From Syntrophorhabdaceae bacterium (lineage in GTDB: Bacteria; Desulfobacterota; Syntrophorhabdia; Syntrophorhabdales; Syntrophorhabdaceae), in the NCBI GenBank assembly GCA_963665295.1, contig OY762209.1:3456001-3520000 (forward strand): 64,000 nucleotides of DNA, given 5' to 3'. How positions within the stretch are numbered: the first letter of the stretch is position 1; every line of letters begins with the position of its first letter. Below are positions 1 through 10,941 of this stretch, piece after piece. Position numbers and translations under genes: made by a program. A model generated the notes under the pieces. That model did no database searches. It saw nothing but the letters and a program-made list of their open reading frames with translations, and was not told the DNA's origin.

Positions 1-2217
1 GTCCTCCTCGCAATAAACTATCTCCATGGCTCTTCCGCCAAGTACATAGGACGGACGGACCACTACGGGGTAACCGATGATGTTGGCCGCGTCCCTTGCT
101 TCTTCGAAGGATACGGCTATGCCGTTTTCAGGCTGGGTGAGATTCAGTTTCTTGAGGAGTGTCTTAAACTTATCCCTGTCTTCGGCGATGTCTATGCTCT
201 CTGGAGTGGTGCCGATAATGGGAGCCCCGGCTTTCTTCAGGGAGACCGCGAGGTTGAGGGGGGTCTGACCTCCGAATTGGACAATGACGCCTATGGGCTT
301 TTCCCTTTCAATGATATCGAGAACGTTTTCCAGGGTGAGGGGCTCGAAGTAAAGTTTATCTGAGGTGTCGTAGTCCGTGCTGACCGTCTCGGGGTTGCTG
401 TTTACCATTATGGTTTCATAGCCGAGGTCTTTCAAAGCAAAGGCGGCGTGAACACAGCAATAGTCAAATTCTATCCCTTGTCCGATCCTGTTCGGGCCTC
501 CTCCCAGTATCATGACTTTCGGCCTGTCCGATTCCCGGGATTCATCCTCTGTTTCGTAGGTTGAATAGTAATACGGTGTATATGCCTCGAATTCCGCGGC
601 GCACGTGTCAACGAGCTTGAAGACGCTCCGTATGCCTTTGCCCAACCTCCAGGACCTTATCTCGTCTTCCGAATGGCCCGTGATGCTTCCCAACTGTTTG
701 TCCGAAAAGCCGTACTTCTTGGCCTTGAGCATGACTTCTTCCGGGAGACCCTGGACAGTGTCGGAGAATATGGGCAGTTCCTTCTTGTAGAGTTCGAGCT
801 CCCTTTCGAACTCGACGATGTCCTCGATGTTCTTCAGGAACCACCTGTCTATGCCGGATATGGCATATATCTCGTCGATATCGAAGCCCGCCCTCAACGC
901 GTGGCGTATGTAGAAAACCCTGTCCTTATTGGGTCTTATCAGTTTCTGTTTGATCCACTCGTGATCATTGATTCCGGGCAGCCGTTCATCATTGATGCCG
1001 TATACCCCCGTTTCAAGAGACCTGAAGCCCTTTTGCAGCGCCTCCTTGAAGGTTCTTCCGATTGCCATGGCTTCGCCCACCGATTTCATGGAAACCGTGA
1101 GGGTCTCATCGGCGCCTCTGAATTTTTCAAAGGTGAATCGAGGTATCTTCACCACGCAGTAATCAATAGTCGGCTCAAAGCAAGCCGGAGTCATTTTTGT
1201 GATGTCATTCGGTATCTCGTCGAGAGTGTAGCCTATGGCGAGCTTGGCGGCTATCTTGGCGATGGGAAACCCCGTTGCCTTTGACGCGAGGGCGGAGCTT
1301 CTCGATACCCTCGGGTTCATCTCTATGACGACCATCCTTCCCGTATCCGGGTTGACGGCAAACTGTATATTGGACCCGCCTGTCTCAACGCCTATTTCCC
1401 TGATGATGCGGACGGACGCATCCCGCATGTTCTGATATTCCTTGTCGGTCAGGGTCTGGGCCGGAGCCACGGTGATGCTGTCTCCCGTATGAACGCCCAT
1501 GGGGTCAAAGTTCTCGATGGAACATATGATTACCACGTTGTCGTTCTTGTCCCGCATGACTTCGAGTTCGTACTCCTTCCATCCTATAACCGACTCTTCT
1601 ATAAGTATTTCGCTGATCATGCTGCTTTCGAGCCCTCGCTGGGCAAGGGATTCGAATTCTTCTATATTGTAGGCGACAGAGGCTCCCGTCCCGCCAAGAG
1701 TGTAACTCGGTCTTATAATCAGAGGAAAACTGATCTCTTTTGCCACCTTCTTCGCGTCCTTCATGTTGTGGGCAAGTCCGCTTTTCGGCACCTCAAGGTT
1801 GATCCTCTCCATGGCAGCCTTGAACTCTTCCCGGTCCTCCGCTTTTTTGATGGCCGCGTAGTCCGCCCCTATGAGTTCCACGTTGTAGCGACCGAGGATG
1901 CCCCGCTCGGAGAGAACGGTGGCGAGGTTGAGACCTGTCTGGCCTCCTATGGTGGGCAGAAGCGTGTCCGGTCTCTCCTTTCTTATTATTTCTTCCAATA
2001 TTTCCGGGATGAGAGGCTCCACGTATATCCTGTCGGCCATATCGGGGTCCGTCATGATCGTCGCAGGGTTGCTGTTCACGAGGATTACCCTGTAGCCTTC
2101 TTCTCTCAGGGCCTTGCATGCCTGACTCCCCGAATAGTCGAATTCACATGCCTGACCGATTACAATCGGTCCGGAACCTATGATAAGGACGCTTTTTATA
2201 TCTGTTCTTTTAGGCAT
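1..2217 (-). CDS. carB: Carbamoyl-phosphate synthase large subunit (5' part; runs off window start)
   Basis: Reverse strand from ATG at 2217 reads [30 protein letters not shown]; later [20 protein letters not shown] and [22 protein letters not shown]. Overlaps the carA stop. Absent from the ORF track because it is truncated. Confidence 0.97.
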   Translation of the reverse strand, partial: MPKRTDIKSVLIIGSGPIVIGQACEFDYSGSQACKALREEGYRVILVNSNPATIMTDPDMADRIYVEPLIPEILEEIIRKERPDTLLPTIGGQTGLNLATVLSERGILGRYNVELIGADYAAIKKAEDREEFKAAMERINLEVPKSGLAHNMKDAKKVAKEISFPLIIRPSYTLGGTGASVAYNIEEFESLAQRGLESSMISEILIEESVIGWKEYELEVMRDKNDNVVIICSIENFDPMGVHTGDSITVAPAQTLTDKEYQNMRDASVRIIREIGVETGGSNIQFAVNPDTGRMVVIEMNPRVSRSSALASKATGFPIAKIAAKLAIGYTLDEIPNDITKMTPACFEPTIDYCVVKIPRFTFEKFRGADETLTVSMKSVGEAMAIGRTFKEALQKGFRSLETGVYGINDERLPGINDHEWIKQKLIRPNKDRVFYIRHALRAGFDIDEIYAISGIDRWFLKNIEDIVEFERELELYKKELPIFSDTVQGLPEEVMLKAKKYGFSDKQLGSITGHSEDEIRSWRLGKGIRSVFKLVDTCAAEFEAYTPYYYSTYETEDESRESDRPKVMILGGGPNRIGQGIEFDYCCVHAAFALKDLGYETIMVNSNPETVSTDYDTSDKLYFEPLTLENVLDIIEREKPIGVIVQFGGQTPLNLAVSLKKAGAPIIGTTPESIDIAEDRDKFKTLLKKLNLTQPENGIAVSFEEARDAANIIGYPVVVRPSYVLGGRAMEIVYCEED

Positions 2218-3307
2218 ACTTCTCCTTCTTGAATGATTCCATCATGTCTCTGAATTTTCTGAATAGTCCGTAGGAGTCGTGGGGACCGGGAGAGGCTTCC
2301 GGATGGAACTGGACCGAGAAAGCGGGATAGACTTCATGTTCCATGCCTTCCACCGTGTTGTCGTTCAGGTTCACATGGGTAACTTTGACCGGCTCCGCCT
2401 TAATCGAATTCATGTCAACTGCAAACCCGTGGTTTTCCGATGTAATATGGACGCGGCCGGTCCGAAGGTTCTTAATGGGCTGATTTGCTCCCCTGTGGCC
2501 GAATTTCAGTTTGTACGTATTGCCGCCGTATGCGAGGCCGAGAAGCTGCTGTCCCAGACAGATACCGAAGATGGGCAGTTTCCCGAGAAGCTTCCTGATT
2601 TCCTGGATGGCATAAGTAACCGCCTCGGGGTCTCCCGGGCCGTTGGAGAGGAGCACACCGTCAGGCGCCATGGCCAGAACATCTTCGGCCTTCATGTCGG
2701 CGGGAACTACGGTTACATGGCATCCTTCCTTCTTGAGCATCCTCGGGATATTGACCTTTACGCCATAATCCATGACTACGCATCTGAAGTCGCCGCTGTC
2801 TTCGCCGAACACATAAGGCGCTTTGCATGTAACCTCGCGCACGAGGTCCCTGCCTACGATGCCTTTTGAGTTACGCGCCTTCTCCACAAGGCTTTCACGG
2901 TTAAGATCTGTGGTGGAGATAATGCCCTTCATTGCACCTCGAACTCTCAGGTGCTTGGTGAGGGCCCTCGTATCCACTTCTTCGATAGCAACTATGCCAT
3001 ATTTTTTGAAGTAATTGGAAAGGTCGCCGGTGGACCTGTAGTTGCTGGTAATCCTGCTGAATTCCCTGACGATGAAACCTTCGACTTTAGGGGCATCCGA
3101 TTCCACGTCTTCGTCATTTATCCCGTAATTACCGATGAGAGGGTAGGTCATGGTCACGATCTGTCCTTTGTAGGAGGGGTCGGTCATGATTTCCTGATAG
3201 CCCGTCATGCTCGTATTAAATACGATTTCTCCTTCCTTTTCGCCTTCCGCTCCATAGGCCTTGCCTTCGAACACGGTCCCATCTTCAAGTGCGATGAGCG
3301 CCTTCAT
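2210..3307 (-). CDS. carA: Carbamoyl-phosphate synthase small subunit
   Basis: [10 protein letters not shown] start, [23 protein letters not shown] nucleophile and [10 protein letters not shown]. Start moved from 3397 to ATG 3307, which overlaps the upstream stop. Confidence 0.96.
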   Translation of the reverse strand: MKALIALEDGTVFEGKAYGAEGEKEGEIVFNTSMTGYQEIMTDPSYKGQIVTMTYPLIGNYGINDEDVESDAPKVEGFIVREFSRITSNYRSTGDLSNYFKKYGIVAIEEVDTRALTKHLRVRGAMKGIISTTDLNRESLVEKARNSKGIVGRDLVREVTCKAPYVFGEDSGDFRCVVMDYGVKVNIPRMLKKEGCHVTVVPADMKAEDVLAMAPDGVLLSNGPGDPEAVTYAIQEIRKLLGKLPIFGICLGQQLLGLAYGGNTYKLKFGHRGANQPIKNLRTGRVHITSENHGFAVDMNSIKAEPVKVTHVNLNDNTVEGMEHEVYPAFSVQFHPEASPGPHDSYGLFRKFRDMMESFKKEKYA

Positions 3308-3975
3308 CTTACCCCCTTGCAGGCCTCTACACATATCCCGCAGATATGATGGCCGATATTTCGTTTGTTTTTTAATTGGGTGATCATATTGTAACACTCC
3401 AGGTGGTTAAACTTTGAGGCGTCATCCTTGATCGCCTGTGCCGGGCAGACTGTGGCGCATGCTTCGCACATGCCGCAATCCATATTAAGTGGTTTTCCCG
3501 CCTCAAGAGGCATATCGGTCAAAACCGTATTGTATCGCACATGGGCTCCGAAGGACGGGTGGACCAGGAGGTTATTCCTTCCTATCCAGCCGATGCCGGC
3601 CAATTCCGCCACATGCTTATGGGAAATATGCGCCTTCTGATTTCGCCAGTCAACAACTTGAGAGGCCCCGAAGGGCAGGCTGTTGAAACCTCTCCTCTCA
3701 ATCTCTCTCGAGAGGAGATAGGCGATCGTGTCGAGGCGGTTATTCAGTTGTCTGTAATGATGAAGATAGAGTGGATTCGGGCCGTTCCTGACCGTATCGA
3801 GTACTCCTGTGGACAGTACAACGCCGAAGCAAATGGCAAAAGGAAAGCGAGTGCGCGTATCAGCGCTCAGATCCACCATTTCCCTTCCATAAGAGGAAAA
3901 GTCGGCTATTCCGTACACATCCACGTCAAATTGCGTGAGGTACGATATGATGTCGTTCTTTTTCTCTTCAGTCAT
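3304..3975 (-). CDS. QueG/reductive-dehalogenase-like 4Fe-4S dicluster protein
   Basis: SHKHVAELAGIGWIGRNNLL, VLTDMPL, CGMCEACATVCP and CGICVEAC motifs. Confidence 0.7.
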   Translation of the reverse strand: MTEEKKNDIISYLTQFDVDVYGIADFSSYGREMVDLSADTRTRFPFAICFGVVLSTGVLDTVRNGPNPLYLHHYRQLNNRLDTIAYLLSREIERRGFNSLPFGASQVVDWRNQKAHISHKHVAELAGIGWIGRNNLLVHPSFGAHVRYNTVLTDMPLEAGKPLNMDCGMCEACATVCPAQAIKDDASKFNHLECYNMITQLKNKRNIGHHICGICVEACKGVR

Positions 3976-3977
3976 CT

Positions 3978-5840
3978 CTATAGTATGCCCTTCTTCTTGA
4001 AATGAATGAGCAGCGCCGTAATCGAAGCAGGGGTCACCCCAGGGATTCTTGACGCCTGGCCGAGGGAAAAAGGTCTGATCCGCGAAAACTTCTCCACCAT
4101 TTCCCTGGAAAGCCCCGAAACTTCTTCGTATTCTATACCGGAAGGAATCCGCTGGTCCGCAAGCTTCTTTGTCCTTCTCACCATGTCGAGCTGTCTGTCC
4201 GTATAGCCACGGTATTTTACATTCAACTCCACCTGATAAGCAATATGTTCTTCCACGTCATGCAGCCTTTTTTCGAACCCCTTTATGCCTTCCATGGTGC
4301 ACTCCGGCTTCCTGAGCAACTCTTCCAGCGTTGTAGGGTTTCTGATACCTTCCAGCCCGAACTCCCGGAGTCTCTCGTTGGTCTCCTTTGTAGGGGTAAG
4401 CTTCACGGATTTGAGGAGAGAATGGGTATTGTCTATGCCGAGTTTCTTTTTCGTGACCTTCACGTATCTTTCCCGGCCCACCAGGCCTATGCGGTACCCT
4501 TTCTCGGTGAGTCTCAGGTCCGCGTTGTCCTCCCTGAGAAGCAGCCTGTGCTCCGCCCTTGATGTGAACATCCTGTATGGCTCGTCCACCCCCTTGGTGA
4601 CGAGGTCGTCAATCAACACGCCTATGTATGCCTCGTCTCTACCGAGGATGAACTCGCCTTCGCCCCTGGCCTTGAGAGCGGCATTGACCCCTGCCATCAA
4701 GCCGAGGGCGGCGGCTTCCTCGTATCCGGTAGTACCGTTTATCTGGCCTGCAAGGAACAGATTCCCTACGACCTTTGTTTCCATGGTGGGGTAAAGCTGG
4801 GTAGGAGGGACGAAATCGTATTCGATGGCGTAGCCCGGTCTTGTTATCTCCACCTGTTCCAAACCGGTAATGGTCCTGAGCATGGCGATCTGGATGTCGA
4901 GGGGAAGGCTCGTGGAAAGGCCGTTAGGGTAATACTCGATAGTGTCGAGACCTTCGGGTTCGACAAAGATCCGGTGCCTGTCCCTGTCCTTGAACCGGAC
5001 GATCTTGTCTTCTATGGAAGGGCAGTACCGCACCCCCGTGCCCTTTATCTTGCCCGTATAAAGAGGGGATCTGTCGAGTCCGGACCTTATGGCCTCATGG
5101 GTGGATTCGTTTGTGTACCCTATATAGCAGGGCACGCGTCTGCCGGGGAGAGAGACGGTGAGAAAGGAGAAAGGCTTGGGAGGGTCGTCGCTGTGCTGCG
5201 GTTCGAGTCTTGAAAAATCTATGGTTCTTCCGTCAAGACGAGGACACGTTCCCGTCTTGAGCCGTCCCATCTCAAAACCGAGATCTCTGAGGCATTCGGA
5301 AAGCCCCACCGACGGAAAATCACCCATCCTTCCCGCCTCGAAGTGATTGAGTCCCACGTGGATAAGACCCTTCAGGAACGTACCCGTGGTGATGACCACC
5401 GTATTTCCATGGAATTGTTCTCCCCACTTTGTCTCGACCCCTGTGACCGCACCTCCGTCCACAAGAAGCCGTTCCACCACCCCTTGTCTGATGGAGAGGT
5501 TCGCCTGTTCTTCGAGCCGGTTCTTCATTCTTAGGGCATATCGCGCTTTGTCCGCCTGGATCCTTGTGGAACGGACGGCAGGGCCCTTTTTCATATTCAG
5601 TATTCTGAACTGTATGCCGGTAGCGTCAATATTCCTCGCCATCTCACCGTCCAGGGCATCGATCTCCTTTACGAGATGGCCTTTGCCGAGCCCCCCGATA
5701 GCCGGGTTGCAGGACATGAAGGCGATATGGTCCAGGTTCATGGTGAGAAGCAGCGTGCGTGCTCCCAACCGGGCCGCAGCCAGCGCGGCCTCGCAACCTG
5801 CGTGACCGGCTCCTATGACAATCACATTGTATGTATGCAT
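3978..5840 (-). CDS. mnmG: tRNA uridine-5-carboxymethylaminomethyl(34) synthesis enzyme MnmG (GidA)
   Basis: VIGAGHAGCEAA, MSCNPAIGG, RYCPSIEDK, AGQINGTTGYEEAA, YRMFTSRAE. Confidence 0.98.
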   Translation of the reverse strand: MHTYNVIVIGAGHAGCEAALAAARLGARTLLLTMNLDHIAFMSCNPAIGGLGKGHLVKEIDALDGEMARNIDATGIQFRILNMKKGPAVRSTRIQADKARYALRMKNRLEEQANLSIRQGVVERLLVDGGAVTGVETKWGEQFHGNTVVITTGTFLKGLIHVGLNHFEAGRMGDFPSVGLSECLRDLGFEMGRLKTGTCPRLDGRTIDFSRLEPQHSDDPPKPFSFLTVSLPGRRVPCYIGYTNESTHEAIRSGLDRSPLYTGKIKGTGVRYCPSIEDKIVRFKDRDRHRIFVEPEGLDTIEYYPNGLSTSLPLDIQIAMLRTITGLEQVEITRPGYAIEYDFVPPTQLYPTMETKVVGNLFLAGQINGTTGYEEAAALGLMAGVNAALKARGEGEFILGRDEAYIGVLIDDLVTKGVDEPYRMFTSRAEHRLLLREDNADLRLTEKGYRIGLVGRERYVKVTKKKLGIDNTHSLLKSVKLTPTKETNERLREFGLEGIRNPTTLEELLRKPECTMEGIKGFEKRLHDVEEHIAYQVELNVKYRGYTDRQLDMVRRTKKLADQRIPSGIEYEEVSGLSREMVEKFSRIRPFSLGQASRIPGVTPASITALLIHFKKKGIL

Positions 5841-6041
5841 ATTTTGCCCCGAATTTTCGTGAATATTCTAGCAGGAATTGGGTGTAATTACCATACTTTA
5901 TTGCAGGAGGGGCCGGGCCATCCCGGAGGCCCGGCCCCAAAGGCCGTCTACTCCACGAAAAGTATTTACAAGAGTACGAAAGGGAATTATAATCTATACG
6001 CCCTTATAAGAGAGTTGAAACGTAGTGTTCCGGCCAAATCC

Positions 6042-8462
6042 ATGAAAGGCGAGGATAGACCTAAAGAGCAACTTATCGAAGAGATTGCCCGTCTTCGCGG
6101 GCAGTTGAGCCGGTTTGAGAAGGCAGAAGCCGCTCGGAAAAACGAAAACGAGGGGTCGGAGCGCTCTGCGCCGGGGCTTTCCCTCCAACAGGACATCCAT
6201 TTACTCCAGACCCTTATCGACGCGGTTCCTACACCCATATTTTGCAAAGAGCCCGGCCTCACTTATCTTGCGGCGAACCGGGCGTTCGCGGAATATGTCC
6301 GCTTTCCGCAAGAGCGCCTGGCGGGTCGTACCGTCCACGATGTGTTGCCGAAAGACGAAGCGGACAGGCACCACAGCAGAGATGTGGCGCTCCTTGAAGA
6401 AGGAGGGAACGTCTCTTACGAGTTCCACATCCTCCATGCCGATGGCACCCTCCATAATGTGATCACCAACAAGGGTTTGTTCAGGACGCCCGACGGAACT
6501 ACGGGCGGGATCTTCGGTGTGATCACCGACGTTACCGAGAAGAAGAATACGCAGGAGGAACTTGAGCGCCAGGGTCATATCCTCGACATTATGACCAATC
6601 AGATGGAGGATATGGTCTACTATAAGGACAAGGATTTCCGGTACGTCTTCAGCAGCAAGCCTCATTGTGAGCGGGTGTTGAGGTGCTCTCAGGAAGAATG
6701 TATAGGCCGTACCGACCGGGAGATCGTGCTGCTGGGCAGACATGGAGGAGAGAAAGGCCCCGAAGAAGTCTACGGAAGGAGCGACACGGAGACGCAAGGG
6801 GCAGGCAGACCCTCCAAATTTGAGGAACTTGTCGTATTGGGCGATGAGAAGATGTGGCTTGAGATCTATAATACGCCCCTCTATGGCGAGGACGGGGAGT
6901 TTGCGGGAATCGTGGGTTCTTCGAGAGACATTACGGAGCGAAAACGAAGCGAACAGAGGTTGAAGGAGTCGGAAGAACGCCTGAGACTGGTTATAGAGGG
7001 TACGGATGATGTGATCACCCTGCAGGATAGAGAGGGCAGGTTCTTGTATTACAACGGGACGCACAGGTACGGGCAGGAGGGCGGAGACTTTGTGGGAAAG
7101 ACTCCCCATGACGTATTCCAACCCGCCGAAGCATTGAGACTGATGGAACACGTGAACCATGTATTTAATACAGGGCGAAGCCTGACCACCGAGGAAGAGG
7201 TCATGGGCGATGGAGAACGGCTCTGGTTCAACGTGAACTGCTATCCCATAAAAGATGACAAATTGAACGTGGTTTCCGTGGCCACTATCTCCCGCAACAT
7301 TACGGATCGTAAAGGAATGGAAGAAAACCTGATAAAGTCCCAGAAACTCGAGTCGGTAGGGACTCTGGCAGGGGGTATCGCACATGATTTCAACAACATC
7401 CTCACAGTTATCCTGGGGAATATTACCCTTGCGAAGATGTCGATCGATCCGGATAATAAGGCCGTCAAGAGGTTGAGGGATGCGGAGAAGGCAACCATGA
7501 GAGCGAAAGACCTTACGCAACAACTGCTGACCTTTGCGAAGGGGGGAGAGCCTTTCAAAAGGACAGTCTCTATCGACCGTTTGATTGAAGATTCTGTCAA
7601 CTTATCTTTGAGCGGGTCGAATCTGAAATGCGACTACGAGGTTGCGGACAACCTCTACCCGGTGTTGATTGATGAAGGTCAGATACGCCAGGTAATCCAT
7701 AATGTCATGATCAACGCGAAAGAGGCCATGCCTTCCGGGGGCGTCGTTACCATCCGTGCGAAGAATGTGGTCCTCGGCGCAGAGAACGACCTTGCCCTGG
7801 AACGGGGCTATTACGTACGCATAGATATTGTAGACAGAGGCCCGGGAATTCCGGGTTCCTATCTTCCGAAGATATTCGACCCCTATTTCACAACAAAGGA
7901 AATGGGGAGTACAAAGGGTACGGGTCTGGGACTGGCGATCTGTTATTCCATTGTGAGAAAACACAAAGGGCACATCAAGGTGGAATCCAATGTCGGCGTG
8001 GGGACAACCTTTGCCATCTACCTGCCGGCATCCGAGAGGGATTCGGCGGGCGATGAAGAGACGGAGGATCGTCGCGTGCAGAACAAGGGCAGGGTCCTGC
8101 TCATGGACGATGAGGAGATGATAAGGGAGATTACCGCCGAGATACTGAGCGCCCTCGGGTACGATGCGGAGTTTGCGAAGAACGGAGACGAAGCCATCTG
8201 TATATATGAAGATGCCGCGAAGTCGGGCCGGCGGTTCGACGTGGTGATACTCGATCTCACCATTCCCGGGGGGATGGGGGGGAAAGAGGCAATACAGCGG
8301 CTCATTGACATCGACCCCGAGGTCAAGGGGATCGTGTCGAGCGGATACTCGAACGACCCTGTCATGGCGGAGTTCCGGCAGTTCGGCTTCTCGGGGATCA
8401 TTACAAAACCTTTCAAAATAGAAGAATTGAGTGAGGTTCTGCGAAGCATCATAGCGAGGTGA
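6042..8462 (+). CDS. Hybrid PAS-PAS-PAS sensor histidine kinase with receiver domain
   Basis: Three PAS/PAC repeats, H-box AGGIAHDFNNIL, FDPYFTTK, GTGLGL and C-terminal REC (LLMDDE...ILDLTIPGG...TKPF). Start estimated at ATG 6042; the longer ORF overlaps mnmG. Confidence 0.9.
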   Translation: MKGEDRPKEQLIEEIARLRGQLSRFEKAEAARKNENEGSERSAPGLSLQQDIHLLQTLIDAVPTPIFCKEPGLTYLAANRAFAEYVRFPQERLAGRTVHDVLPKDEADRHHSRDVALLEEGGNVSYEFHILHADGTLHNVITNKGLFRTPDGTTGGIFGVITDVTEKKNTQEELERQGHILDIMTNQMEDMVYYKDKDFRYVFSSKPHCERVLRCSQEECIGRTDREIVLLGRHGGEKGPEEVYGRSDTETQGAGRPSKFEELVVLGDEKMWLEIYNTPLYGEDGEFAGIVGSSRDITERKRSEQRLKESEERLRLVIEGTDDVITLQDREGRFLYYNGTHRYGQEGGDFVGKTPHDVFQPAEALRLMEHVNHVFNTGRSLTTEEEVMGDGERLWFNVNCYPIKDDKLNVVSVATISRNITDRKGMEENLIKSQKLESVGTLAGGIAHDFNNILTVILGNITLAKMSIDPDNKAVKRLRDAEKATMRAKDLTQQLLTFAKGGEPFKRTVSIDRLIEDSVNLSLSGSNLKCDYEVADNLYPVLIDEGQIRQVIHNVMINAKEAMPSGGVVTIRAKNVVLGAENDLALERGYYVRIDIVDRGPGIPGSYLPKIFDPYFTTKEMGSTKGTGLGLAICYSIVRKHKGHIKVESNVGVGTTFAIYLPASERDSAGDEETEDRRVQNKGRVLLMDDEEMIREITAEILSALGYDAEFAKNGDEAICIYEDAAKSGRRFDVVILDLTIPGGMGGKEAIQRLIDIDPEVKGIVSSGYSNDPVMAEFRQFGFSGIITKPFKIEELSEVLRSIIAR

Positions 8463-8570
8463 TTCAGGTCCCGGAGAAGTGTCCTGCAGGATTACTGATT
8501 TCCGGCCGCGTGTGTGTTATATAGATTACGCAAAATGGAGAAGCTAAGGCCATCATTCCGAGGAGGGAGC

Positions 8571-9155
8571 ATGGAAGAGAGGGAAATGACCCAGAGGTTC
8601 TGCGATCTGTTCGGCGATATTCTGTTAATCGTGAAAGATGTGGAGAAAGGTTTTTTCACGCTGAACACAAGGCTGGTAAAAGAGGGCCACGAGAAATTCA
8701 GGGGTCTCCTTAAGTCCAGACTTCCGTACGCGGAGAAGGTTGTGGAAGAAAAGGAGAAGACCGGGATACAGATGAAATACGTGAATCTCATCATCCCTTT
8801 TCAGACCATAGCGTTGGGGCTGGAAAACCTTATGGACAGGATGGAAGTGAAACTGGACGCAAATATCCTGTTCAGCGAAAAGGCTACGAAGGAGATAAAG
8901 GAACTCTTCTCCCTTATGGAGAGCCAGATGCGGGATCTGAAGGATTACATACTCACAAGGAACCCCCATCTTCTGCAACTTGTCGGACAGGACGTGGAAG
9001 AGATGAGAAGCCTTATCGACGAGTACACAATCGTCCATCAGAACAGGTTGATCGCAGGCGTATGCATGCCCAAGGCATCGTATCTGTATATTGATATTAC
9101 TGATTCCATGAAGAGGGTGGCCAAAGGCCTCGCGGAATTCTCGGAAAGGGTGTGA
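8571..9155 (+). CDS. PhoU-like helical protein resembling the cytoplasmic tail of Na/Pi cotransporters
   Basis: AGGAGG RBS; ILFSEKA and HQNRLIAGVCMPKASYLYIDITDSMKRV resemble that domain. Confidence 0.6.
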   Translation: MEEREMTQRFCDLFGDILLIVKDVEKGFFTLNTRLVKEGHEKFRGLLKSRLPYAEKVVEEKEKTGIQMKYVNLIIPFQTIALGLENLMDRMEVKLDANILFSEKATKEIKELFSLMESQMRDLKDYILTRNPHLLQLVGQDVEEMRSLIDEYTIVHQNRLIAGVCMPKASYLYIDITDSMKRVAKGLAEFSERV

Positions 9156-9252
9156 CGTCCTGCTATCGGGAACGCTTCCGGGCGACCTCGCAGAGAGGAT
9201 AAGGAAACGGGCCGTTGTACAAAGAGTCAGGGGAGGGCGGTTTCGGGGGGAA

Positions 9253-10521
9253 GTGTATCTCGTCGGCGGCGCCATTAGGGAGATTGCTCTCGGCGGTGCC
9301 CCCAGGGATTATGACTTTGTCGTCAACCGCGAAGAAGACTTTCGGGAGTTCGAGGCCATTTTTTCCGCATCAGCCTTCATTCTTGGAAAGAAGGCCCTCC
9401 AGACCCACAGAATGGTTTTTGGCGACCTGTCCCTTGACATCGGCCTGTTCCACGGGACCATCGAGGAGGACTGCAGGCGAAGGGATTTTACCATCAACGC
9501 CATCGCCTTCGACGTGATGAGAAACAAATTGATCGATCCCCTGGGAGGACTCCGGGACCTCGACAAGAGGATCATCAGGTATCCCCACAGGCAGGTGCTT
9601 GCGGATGATCCGTTGAGAATGCTCAAAGCCGTCCGTCATTTCTGCACTCTCGACGGTTTTTCCTTAGACCCGGAGCTTGTGACAACCATCCGTGAATTGA
9701 AATCTCTTGTCCATGAGACAGCGCCGGAAAGGGTCAAATACGAACTGGATCAGATCATAGTCTCAGCCAGGGCCTTCGAAGGACTGAAAGCGCTGGAGGC
9801 GACAGACCTCCTTTTCGAGCTTTTCCCTGACCTCGGCGCTCTCAGACGGATGGATTTCGAGAAAGGTTTCGTTCTCGAGACACTGGGCCACATGGTAGAC
9901 GGGTTCAAGTACCTTAAGAAGTATGGCGACCTCTACGGTCTCGACGAGAAGATGCTCAGGCAAGTGGGTTATGCCTTTCTTTTCCACGACCTCGGGAAGG
10001 CCTTCACATTTTCATATGACGAGGAGAAAGAGGCCGTCCACTTCTTCTATCATGAACGGTATTCCCGGGATCTTGCGTCAACCATTATGGAAAGACTCCG
10101 TTTCAGCGTTCAGGAGACAAGGGCCGTCCTCGCCCTGATAGAGAACCACATGAGAATTTTCCTCATAAGCGGCAGCGAATCGACGGAGAGAGCGGTAAGA
10201 AGGCTCGTGTATAAGATGGGGGATTTGACCCCCCATCTTATTGTCCATTCTATGTGTGACATGTACGGCAGTTCGGGCGGCACAGAGAACGACTCCACGA
10301 GACGCGTGGAGGAGAGATGCACCGGCATACTTCGCACCTACCATGAATGGAAGGAGGAGCCTTTGCCGAGACTCATCGGCGGGAACGATCTCCTCTCCCT
10401 CGGTTTCCGGCCGGGCCCCCTTGTTGGAACGATTCTTGCGGATATACGGGACAAACAAATATTGGGAGAGATCAAGGAAAAGGATGAGGCCCTGCAATAC
10501 GCCCGGTCTTTTCTGAAGTAA
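9253..10521 (+). CDS. CCA-adding / poly(A) polymerase family nucleotidyltransferase with HD domain
   Basis: YLVGGAIRE...DYD, RRDFTINAIA, DDPLRML, FHDLGK. Confidence 0.9.
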   Translation: MYLVGGAIREIALGGAPRDYDFVVNREEDFREFEAIFSASAFILGKKALQTHRMVFGDLSLDIGLFHGTIEEDCRRRDFTINAIAFDVMRNKLIDPLGGLRDLDKRIIRYPHRQVLADDPLRMLKAVRHFCTLDGFSLDPELVTTIRELKSLVHETAPERVKYELDQIIVSARAFEGLKALEATDLLFELFPDLGALRRMDFEKGFVLETLGHMVDGFKYLKKYGDLYGLDEKMLRQVGYAFLFHDLGKAFTFSYDEEKEAVHFFYHERYSRDLASTIMERLRFSVQETRAVLALIENHMRIFLISGSESTERAVRRLVYKMGDLTPHLIVHSMCDMYGSSGGTENDSTRRVEERCTGILRTYHEWKEEPLPRLIGGNDLLSLGFRPGPLVGTILADIRDKQILGEIKEKDEALQYARSFLK

Positions 10522-10731
10522 GTCGTGCCTTGATGTGATCCGACGGCGCAGCGGCGGCCTTTTCGGTCCCGATGGCTCCGTGACTCGGGTCCCCTCAACC
10601 ATGACTTTGCAATAAGGGGCCGGTTTCTTCCTGACTTAATCGTCGCTCTATATAATGATCTTAAATAACAATGGCTTGTTGGAATAGGTAGACCGATAGT
10701 AAGACCTTCTACGGAGTCGCAAGGAGGAAAC

Positions 10732-10916
10732 ATGAACTCAGTACTGGTCCTTGGTTTTATCTGAAGAACAGACTTACCATACAGGAACACTATCTGAAGG
10801 TAATACGCGAGGCATTCAAGGGACAGATACTGGCGTCCGTCGCGGAGATGGAGAGGGACGTGACCGGGCTCGTGATGATCGAAAAGGTCGCGAAGAGTAT
10901 GTTCGGCTATTTTTAA
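10732..10916 (+). pseudogene. Fused remnant: cstA-like start (MNSVLVLGF) joined out of frame to the C-terminal 52 codons of an ArsA paralogue
   Basis: AAGGAGG RBS then a 10-codon ORF at 10732-10764. Frame 10758-10916 reads YLKNRLTIQEHYLKVIREAFKGQILASVAEMERDVTGLVMIEKVAKSMFGYF*, which aligns by eye to the C-terminus of the downstream ArsA. Confidence 0.7.
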
Positions 10917-10941
10917 AAGAGGGCCGATAAGGAGTCTTACG

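Noticed and set aside
673..3349. Long plus-strand ORFs opposite carB and carA, and similar antisense ORFs elsewhere (e.g. 15071-16372, 6201-7523)
   Set aside because: Antisense shadows of well-supported genes with no recognisable motifs.
5676..6041. N-terminal extensions in the ORF track (also 42717-42929, 14015-14134, 12152-12232, 47805-47927)
   Set aside because: They overlap other genes, promoters or leaders; downstream ATGs with better RBS or domain boundaries were chosen.
10732..10803. Selenopeptide or leader peptide MNSVLVLGFI-TGA
   Set aside because: Better explained as a deletion junction, because the overlapping frame matches an ArsA C-terminus.
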